DNA from: a virus
Lineage: Duplodnaviria; Caudoviricetes
Strand: one strand, 5' to 3'
DNA length: 33,468 bases
IMG/VR virus record: IMGVR_UViG_3300027804_000143
Coordinates: 1 to 33,468 of that record
Shown: positions 27,720-33,468 of the stretch, one piece after another
Position numbering within the stretch: the first letter of the stretch is position 1
Layout of the letters: each line of letters opens with the position of its first letter
Notes under the pieces: generated by a model
Seen by the model: only the letters and a program-made list of their open reading frames with translations
Databases searched by the model: none
What the model was told of the DNA's origin: nothing
Position numbers and translations under genes: made by a program

Positions 27720-28180
27720 ACGGAGAGCTTCATAAGAAGCTTCACGTAAACAGATCATCAGATATGATGACTGCATGGAATTATAACCAGAGTAAGCGTG
27801 TAGGTTATTCGTGGAGTGATGCTAAGAAAAATCTTCAGCATGCATACACAATTAACGAGGCTGCGGATCTATTAAACAGACACCGCAATCGTTTGCTAGA
27901 GTATATTGAAGAGGGGCATGTTAAGAAGCCTCAGATGACCTACACCCTTGACGAGAAGCGTAAACCTGTGAAATACTTGTTATCAGAAGATGACGTTATG
28001 GATGTTAGGGATTTTCTATCTACACTTCACCGTGGTAGACCAAGAAAAGATGGCCTAGTTACATCAAAGAATGTTCCAACAAAGCAAGAGCTAAGAGCCA
28101 AGATAAAGAATGAAACAATTCTTTACCAACAGACAGAAGACGGGGATTATATACCAGTATGGAAGCAGCCAGAGTGGTGA
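27665..28180 (+). CDS. DNA-binding protein with MerR/excisionase-like HTH
   Basis: YTINEAADLLNRHRNRLLEYIEEG..YLLSEDDV and an AT-hook-like RGRPRK. Confidence 0.7.
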   Translation: MATAKRGRKSTGLRYFFLNGELHKKLHVNRSSDMMTAWNYNQSKRVGYSWSDAKKNLQHAYTINEAADLLNRHRNRLLEYIEEGHVKKPQMTYTLDEKRKPVKYLLSEDDVMDVRDFLSTLHRGRPRKDGLVTSKNVPTKQELRAKIKNETILYQQTEDGDYIPVWKQPEW

Positions 28181-28183
28181 TAA

Positions 28184-28465
28184 ATGACAACTAAGAAAGC
28201 CGCACCGAAAAGAAAAAAGAAAGAAGAGCCACAAGAAGAATATGTTGATATTCATATCAGTACTAATCTTGCGTTTTCTAGAGCAGCCGTCTACTTAGAA
28301 GAGGCAGGAGAAGTTGCAATTAACTCAAGAAACATTGAGGGAATGTTAACTGTTGCTAAGGGCTGGATGGAATTAGGTGACATGATGGACACTGGACAAC
28401 CACCTAAGAAACGTGCTACACTGGGATTTGCGATACCACAAGAAGAAGGGGAAGACGATGACTGA
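28184..28465 (+). CDS. Hypothetical protein
   Basis: Coupled ORF, basic N-terminus and acidic C-terminus. Confidence 0.6.
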   Translation: MTTKKAAPKRKKKEEPQEEYVDIHISTNLAFSRAAVYLEEAGEVAINSRNIEGMLTVAKGWMELGDMMDTGQPPKKRATLGFAIPQEEGEDDD

Positions 28466-28670
28466 AGATACTAAAGTAACAGTCACATTGGGTTTTACTA
28501 AGAACCTTGGAAACTTTGAGAGCTTACGTGTAGACATTGGCATACAAGATTTTGTACGTAAGGGTGAGTCTGTAAATGAAGCAACAGATCGTGTCTATAA
28601 GTTTGTTGAAGATAAGCTGACTGAAAAGTCTCAAGAGATAGCGGAAGAGCTAAGTGGCAACAAAAAGTGA
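28458..28670 (+). CDS. Hypothetical phage protein (start revised to ATG 28458, 70 aa)
   Basis: KVTVTLGFTKNLGNFESLRVDIGI motif. Purine-rich SD-like sequence upstream. Confidence 0.7.
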   Translation: MTEDTKVTVTLGFTKNLGNFESLRVDIGIQDFVRKGESVNEATDRVYKFVEDKLTEKSQEIAEELSGNKK

Positions 28671-29007
28671 TCCTAAACTATCTTACACACTCATATCATT
28701 ATATGAGACACTATACTCAGAGAAATATGGCAAGCGCCCTGTAGTAAATCGCTACAGAGAGAAGTGGGGCATGCAGGATGTTATTGATTCTGTTGGCTTC
28801 AATCGTGCTAAAGAATTATTGGAGTATTACTTCAAGACTGGTAAAAACGGTCACCCTATAATGTGGTTTTTTAATAACTTTGACGTCATGGATAGAATGA
28901 TGGAACAGAGAGCGGAAGATGATGAGCACCGCAAAAAGCTCAGGGGATTAACCAGAGAGATGGTTCAAGAAATGGAGCGGGATGAACACCGAAGCAGCAG
29001 TAATTAG
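28654..29007 (+). CDS. Hypothetical protein upstream of helicase (possible loader/initiator accessory)
   Basis: GTG start, overlaps both neighbours. Function inferred from position only. Confidence 0.6.
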   Translation: MATKSDPKLSYTLISLYETLYSEKYGKRPVVNRYREKWGMQDVIDSVGFNRAKELLEYYFKTGKNGHPIMWFFNNFDVMDRMMEQRAEDDEHRKKLRGLTREMVQEMERDEHRSSSN

Positions 29008-30196
29008 TGCAGTATGTAAGAACAAGGATATTAGTGTTCTCCTTGCAGATAACGTAGACGACGTATTCCAATCCCATAAAGATGTTTGGGATGGCTTAAA
29101 GTCATACTATTATAAGTTTAGGTCGGTACCTGAAGTAGGTGTTCTACAGGACAAGTTTAGAGATTTTGATCCTGTAGAAACATCTGCAGAAACTGGATAC
29201 TATCTAGAGCAGATGAAGTCTGAATTTCTTGGCAACAAGATTAAGACTGTATTGTTGAATTCTGGAACAGCTCTTAAAGAGAATGCTCCAGCAAGAGTTC
29301 TGCAGCAAATGCAAATGCAATTAGCAGGACTAAGTAAGTTTACCAATAACGTAAGAGACTTGGATATCACAGATATTCAGGCAGCAACAGACCACTATCT
29401 ATCTGTTAGAGACCGCTCATTGGCCATGGGTGGTTCTCCAGGAATTCCTACAGGGTTTAAAGCAATTGATGCTGCATATCCTACTGGAATGGCTCCTGGG
29501 CATCTCATGGTTGTTATTGGTTGGCCAGGACGTGGTAAAACATGGATGACCTCATACTTGGCTTGTAAGGCTTGGGAACAAGGCTTTAAGCCAATGATTA
29601 TCTCTTTGGAAATGTCTCCAGAGAATATGCGTGACCGTATTTATACGATGCTTGGATCTGGTATGTTTAGAGCAAGTCAACTGCAGAAGGGTGATATAAA
29701 TCTAGACGACTTCAGTAATTGGGCTAACACATCATTTAAAGATAAGCGTGGGTTTATCTTAGTATCGAACGAAGGCACCAATGAGGTCACTCCAGCCACT
29801 GTTCAAGGAAAGATTGACCAGCATAGACCAGACTTAGTTATTCTGGACTATCACCAGCTGTTCAATGACAACAAGCGTTCTAACTCAGAAGTAGAACGTA
29901 ACCGTAACATCTCCCGTGAGTTTAAACTACTTGCGGTAACTAACAACATCCCTGTAATTGACATTACGGCAGCGACAGCGGATGACATTTCTGATCATGA
30001 TGCTCCTCCTATGATGAGTCAAGTAGCGTGGTCAAAAGCTATTGAGTATGATGCTGATATCGCTCTAGCGGTTCATAGACACCCTGATACAAACATGATT
30101 GAAGTGGTTTCTAGAAAGAATCGCCATGGACGAGACTTTAGCTTCTTTTTGGACTGGGATATCGATAGGGGTATAATTAAAGAACTGTACGAGTAG
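28982..30196 (+). CDS. dnaB: DnaB-like replicative helicase
   Basis: GIPTGF..ID, Walker A GWPGRGKT, SLEMS, VILDY, IEYDAD, KNRHG. Confidence 0.95.
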   Translation: MNTEAAVISAVCKNKDISVLLADNVDDVFQSHKDVWDGLKSYYYKFRSVPEVGVLQDKFRDFDPVETSAETGYYLEQMKSEFLGNKIKTVLLNSGTALKENAPARVLQQMQMQLAGLSKFTNNVRDLDITDIQAATDHYLSVRDRSLAMGGSPGIPTGFKAIDAAYPTGMAPGHLMVVIGWPGRGKTWMTSYLACKAWEQGFKPMIISLEMSPENMRDRIYTMLGSGMFRASQLQKGDINLDDFSNWANTSFKDKRGFILVSNEGTNEVTPATVQGKIDQHRPDLVILDYHQLFNDNKRSNSEVERNRNISREFKLLAVTNNIPVIDITAATADDISDHDAPPMMSQVAWSKAIEYDADIALAVHRHPDTNMIEVVSRKNRHGRDFSFFLDWDIDRGIIKELYE

Positions 30197-30209
30197 ATAG
30201 GCTTGCAGT

Positions 30210-30542
30210 TTGACCCACAAAAGAATAAAGAGATTCCAGATTGATGGAATATTTAAGGATGATTCGGACATGATCCGTCTCAGACATCAATATGAAAAGA
30301 CGCTCATCCACCAGATGCGGGATAGCGGATATGTGCAAGTCCTTGACATAGACCCAGCCTTTTCGGTATCATATAATAGCGAACAAAACAATTGGTCCTT
30401 CATGCTTACTATGCATGGAGTTTATGTAGGAAAGGTAAAAGCATGGCATATAGAGGGGTGCTCAAACGGCAGGATGCTTCCACGCAGTATACAGAGCGAC
30501 AAATTAAAAAAGTCCTCAAAGCAGTCTCTGTCTCAATCGTAG
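30210..30542 (+). CDS. Hypothetical protein (TTG start) between helicase and primase
   Basis: Fills the gap. MRDSGYVQVLDIDP..LTMHGVYVGK looks like a real folded domain. Confidence 0.65.
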   Translation: MTHKRIKRFQIDGIFKDDSDMIRLRHQYEKTLIHQMRDSGYVQVLDIDPAFSVSYNSEQNNWSFMLTMHGVYVGKVKAWHIEGCSNGRMLPRSIQSDKLKKSSKQSLSQS

Positions 30543-31468
30543 GAGAAACAGGAAACGATTTTCTCTGCCTATGTCCAATTCACGGAAATAGGAATACACC
30601 AAGCCTCTCAGTATCAAAAACCACTGGATTGTTCTTGTGCTTTAATCCATCATGCGGAACTAGCGGATCATTAGTTGAGCTAGTTAAAACTGTTACAAAG
30701 AGAAATGAGTTTGAATCTCTTCGACTTATATCTAAATGTGTAACAGATTCATTACAGGATTTCGATGAGCAGATCATCGAAGTGTTAGAAGAGAAGCCAG
30801 AGTTCATACAATTCGATACTCTTATTTTGGATAAGCTTTGGCAAGGAATGAATGAGTCTTCAGAGGGTCGTGACTATATGCACTCTCGTGGATTCGATGA
30901 CGATACAATTACATACTTTCAAGTTGGTTACTCAAAAAATATGGACATGGTTACAGTTCCAGTTCATTCTCCAGACGGAATGGCAATCGGAATTGTTGGA
31001 CGTGGGGTAAAAGAGAAGAAGTTCAAGAACTCTACTGGATTACCTAAGACCAAGACTTTGTTTAACGTTCATAGAGCTAAACGTTTATCTTCAACTGTTA
31101 TTATTACAGAAGCATCATTCGATGCTATGCGTATTCATCAGGCTGGATATCCAAACGTTGTAGCTACACTAGGTGGGCACCTTAGCCCAACAAATTATGA
31201 CTTATTAAATAAATACTTTACTAAGATCATCATCGCCACAGACTTCGATGATAAATCTACTCATAATGGAAAGAATCCTGGGCGGGACCTAGGCAATTCA
31301 ATCGCTAATAAACTTAAGAATAAAGATGTCTTATGGGCTAGTTATGATTATCAAGTTGTTTATCCACATGGAGCCAAAGATATTGGTGACATGACGGATG
31401 CAGAAATAAAACAATGCATTGAAAAAGCAGTACCAAATTATGAATATGCCTCTTGGGAAATCTACTAA
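30443..31468 (+). CDS. dnaG: DNA primase (CHC2 zinc finger + TOPRIM), start revised to ATG 30443
   Basis: CPIH..PS..CFNPSCG zinc finger. TEASFDAM, VATLG, DFDD and KDIGDM TOPRIM motifs. SD AGGAAAGG before 30443. Confidence 0.92.
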   Translation: MAYRGVLKRQDASTQYTERQIKKVLKAVSVSIVGETGNDFLCLCPIHGNRNTPSLSVSKTTGLFLCFNPSCGTSGSLVELVKTVTKRNEFESLRLISKCVTDSLQDFDEQIIEVLEEKPEFIQFDTLILDKLWQGMNESSEGRDYMHSRGFDDDTITYFQVGYSKNMDMVTVPVHSPDGMAIGIVGRGVKEKKFKNSTGLPKTKTLFNVHRAKRLSSTVIITEASFDAMRIHQAGYPNVVATLGGHLSPTNYDLLNKYFTKIIIATDFDDKSTHNGKNPGRDLGNSIANKLKNKDVLWASYDYQVVYPHGAKDIGDMTDAEIKQCIEKAVPNYEYASWEIY

Positions 31469-31481
31469 GATGGTGTATAAT
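31453..31481 (+). promoter_or_regulatory. Promoter for SSB gene
   Basis: TTGGGA (31453-31458), 17 bp spacer, TATAAT (31476-31481). Confidence 0.6.
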
Positions 31482-31533
31482 AGAAATACAGAGTCATCTA
31501 TAGACTCAAATATCGGAAAAGGAAAAATATAAC

Positions 31534-32205
31534 ATGGCAATTGTCAAAGGACTAAAGAGCATCAATGCCGTACTTGATAAGCCAAGCGACTCAGAGGGTT
31601 CAAAAGCTCGTTGGGTAAAGCTAGCAGACGGCGAAAGCGTAAAGATTCGATTCTTACAAGAGTTGGATCCAGATTCACCAGATTACAACGAAAAGGCTGG
31701 ACTAGGTTTTATTGCAGCCGAACACACAAATCCAAAGAATTATAAATCAAAGGCACTCTGCACAGCAGATGATCAAGGCCGCTGCTTTGGTTGTGAACAA
31801 CACAGAAAAGACTACAAGGCAGGCTGGAAGGCTCGCTCACGTCTATACATCAACGTTCTAGTTGACGACGGTAAGGAAGATCCTTACGTTGCAATTCTCT
31901 CACAAGGTACAAGCGGTAAGTCAATTACCCCAACCCTTATTGAGTATGCTGGCGAAATGGGCAGCATCTCAAACCTAACATGGCGTCTAAAGCGTAGCGG
32001 TACAGGTACCTCTACAGAATATGTCGCAATCTCTCTTGGCCAAGATAAGGAAAAGTTCGACGGATCAAAGTATGAACTTTACGAATTGGAAAAGGTAGCA
32101 GTCAAGGAACTATCTGTTGAAGAGCAGGAAAAGTTCTACATGTTCGGTGAAACAGAAGACTCAGAAGAGTCATCTGAGGGTTCATCAAGTAACGTAGAGT
32201 GGTAA
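31534..32205 (+). CDS. Phage single-stranded DNA-binding protein (gp32-like)
   Basis: WVKLADGESVKIRFL, His/Cys cluster (H..C..CFGC), LKRSGTGTSTEY, acidic tail ending in W. Lies between primase and polymerase. Confidence 0.75.
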   Translation: MAIVKGLKSINAVLDKPSDSEGSKARWVKLADGESVKIRFLQELDPDSPDYNEKAGLGFIAAEHTNPKNYKSKALCTADDQGRCFGCEQHRKDYKAGWKARSRLYINVLVDDGKEDPYVAILSQGTSGKSITPTLIEYAGEMGSISNLTWRLKRSGTGTSTEYVAISLGQDKEKFDGSKYELYELEKVAVKELSVEEQEKFYMFGETEDSEESSEGSSSNVEW

Positions 32206-32210
32206 ATTGT

Positions 32211-32234
32211 TGGTGGGGGAGCAATCCCCCACCA
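32211..32234 (+). terminator. Hairpin after SSB (terminator or mRNA stabiliser)
   Basis: Perfect 10-bp stem TGGTGGGGGA-GCAA-TCCCCCACCA with no long U tract. Confidence 0.7.
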
Positions 32235-32252
32235 CTTAACTAGAAAGGTATT

Positions 32253-33468
32253 ATGTCAAACTTTACGCACCTACATGTGCATTCACAGTATTCAGTTATG
32301 GATGGTTTAAATACCCCATTAGAGTTAATGAATGCTGCAAAAAATCTAGGTCAAACAGCAATTGCAATCACAGACCATGGAACATTATCTGGTCACAGAG
32401 ATATGCAAAAGGCTGCTATGGAAACTGGGATTAAACCAATCCTAGGAATCGAAGCTTACATTTCAGCAACCGATAGATTCGATAAGCGAGATACCAGTAA
32501 GCGTGACGACAATACCTCAATCTTCAACCACATCATCCTGCTTGCTCAAAACAAGCAGGGTCTGAAGAATTTAAATAAGCTTTCTGAGATAGCATGGACA
32601 GAGGGCTACTATCACAAGCCACGCATTGACCGTGAGATCTTGGCGGAGTATAAAGAAGGACTCATAATCCTATCTGGATGTATGAATGGACTTATCTCTA
32701 AAGCACATGAGCGTGGAGAGATTAACGAAGCCAAGATGCTTGCCAAATGGTTTAAGACTACATTTGGTGATAACTTCTATATGGAGATTCAGCCACATAA
32801 TCCAGTTGAACTTAATAAGTTCCTGTTAGAGTTGGCGGATGAAGTTGGCATTAAGCCTATTGTTACTGGGGACTGCCACTTCTCAACTAAAGAAGAGAGA
32901 GCATTAGAGGAAGCAATGCTTATCCTTTCTACATCTCCAAAGGCTAACAAAGATGCGGACTTCGAGAAGTCTCGTCAGATAGACAACATCTTTGAGCGAT
33001 ACAACTACCTATACCCAGATCGTAAGATTAGTTTTGAGGAACTAGACGTATATGTAATGTCTAGAGAAGAAATTGAAGTGCAGATGCATGCACAAGGTAT
33101 TACACGCACAGACATTTATGACAACACTATGGAAATTGCAGACTCTATACAAGAGTATGACTTCCTACAAGATTTAAATATCCTTCCACGCCCAAAAGAA
33201 GATCCAGATAAAACAGTTAGAGAAATCTGCTGGAAGGCTATGGAAGACATGAAGTTAACTTCTAGTTGGTTAGGCAACGATACATATGAGCTAAGACTAG
33301 AAGAAGAGCTAGAAGTTATTAGTAAGAAAGACTTCTCACCATACTTCTTGGTTATCTCAGACATGATTAACTGGGCTAAGTCTCAAAATATTAAGGTTGG
33401 TCCAGGTCGTGGTTCTGCAGCAGGCTCGTTAGTTTGTTATTTGCTAGGAATCACTGAGGTTGATCCTA
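32253..33468 (+). CDS. dnaE: DNA polymerase III alpha subunit (DnaE), 3' truncated; not in ORF track
   Basis: ATG 32253 [33 protein letters not shown] (PHP domain), and [23 protein letters not shown] at the window end. Confidence 0.96.
   Translation, partial: MSNFTHLHVHSQYSVMDGLNTPLELMNAAKNLGQTAIAITDHGTLSGHRDMQKAAMETGIKPILGIEAYISATDRFDKRDTSKRDDNTSIFNHIILLAQNKQGLKNLNKLSEIAWTEGYYHKPRIDREILAEYKEGLIILSGCMNGLISKAHERGEINEAKMLAKWFKTTFGDNFYMEIQPHNPVELNKFLLELADEVGIKPIVTGDCHFSTKEERALEEAMLILSTSPKANKDADFEKSRQIDNIFERYNYLYPDRKISFEELDVYVMSREEIEVQMHAQGITRTDIYDNTMEIADSIQEYDFLQDLNILPRPKEDPDKTVREICWKAMEDMKLTSSWLGNDTYELRLEEELEVISKKDFSPYFLVISDMINWAKSQNIKVGPGRGSAAGSLVCYLLGITEVDP

Noticed and set aside
4775-30442. 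ORF-track upstream starts at 4775, 24776, 28413 and 30392
   Set aside because: They create long overlaps without SDs. Downstream ATGs at 4853, 24815, 28458 and 30443 fit better.
726-33364. Numerous minus-strand ORFs in the track (60-140 aa)
   Set aside because: All lie opposite well-supported + strand genes and show no recognisable motifs. They are typical shadow ORFs.
1-33468. CRISPR array, tRNA or sizeable ncRNA
   Set aside because: Intergenic gaps are about 100 bp or less and are accounted for by terminators, promoters and SDs. No periodic direct repeats noticed.
1-33468. Stop-codon reassignment
   Set aside because: Long genes are intact under the standard code, and TAA, TAG and TGA all end genes.
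28982-33468. Inteins or introns in helicase, primase or DnaE
   Set aside because: Lengths and motif spacing are normal in the visible portions, with no insertion after Walker A or before the GRGS motif.

Overview
A continuous, gene-dense, + strand segment of a large lytic-type siphovirus (Caudoviricetes) genome, AT-rich by eye. From 1 to about 26.4 kb it holds the morphogenesis module: portal 3' end, HK97-type prohead protease with a probable nested scaffold, major capsid, HeH-domain protein, head-tail joining genes, major tail protein, tail assembly chaperone with a -1 frameshift, a 1791-aa tape measure, Dit/Tal-like tail tip genes, two large FN3/Ig-rich fibres and small accessory ORFs. From about 26.4 kb to the end come an HNH endonuclease, a metallophosphoesterase, Zn-ribbon and HTH genes, and a host-like replisome (DnaB helicase, DnaG-type primase, SSB, DnaE polymerase running off the end). 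Gene order and promoter style suggest an actinobacterial host (inference only). I saw no tRNA, CRISPR array, integrase, reverse transcriptase or lysis gene. I found no unambiguous new biological system. The best leads are the nested scaffold with repeated Lys cleavage-like motifs, a possible GDIW/WVK fibre-docking pair followed by duplicated MLTNEEK mini-genes, dyads overlapping two -35 boxes, and apparent CCGG/CGCG avoidance.
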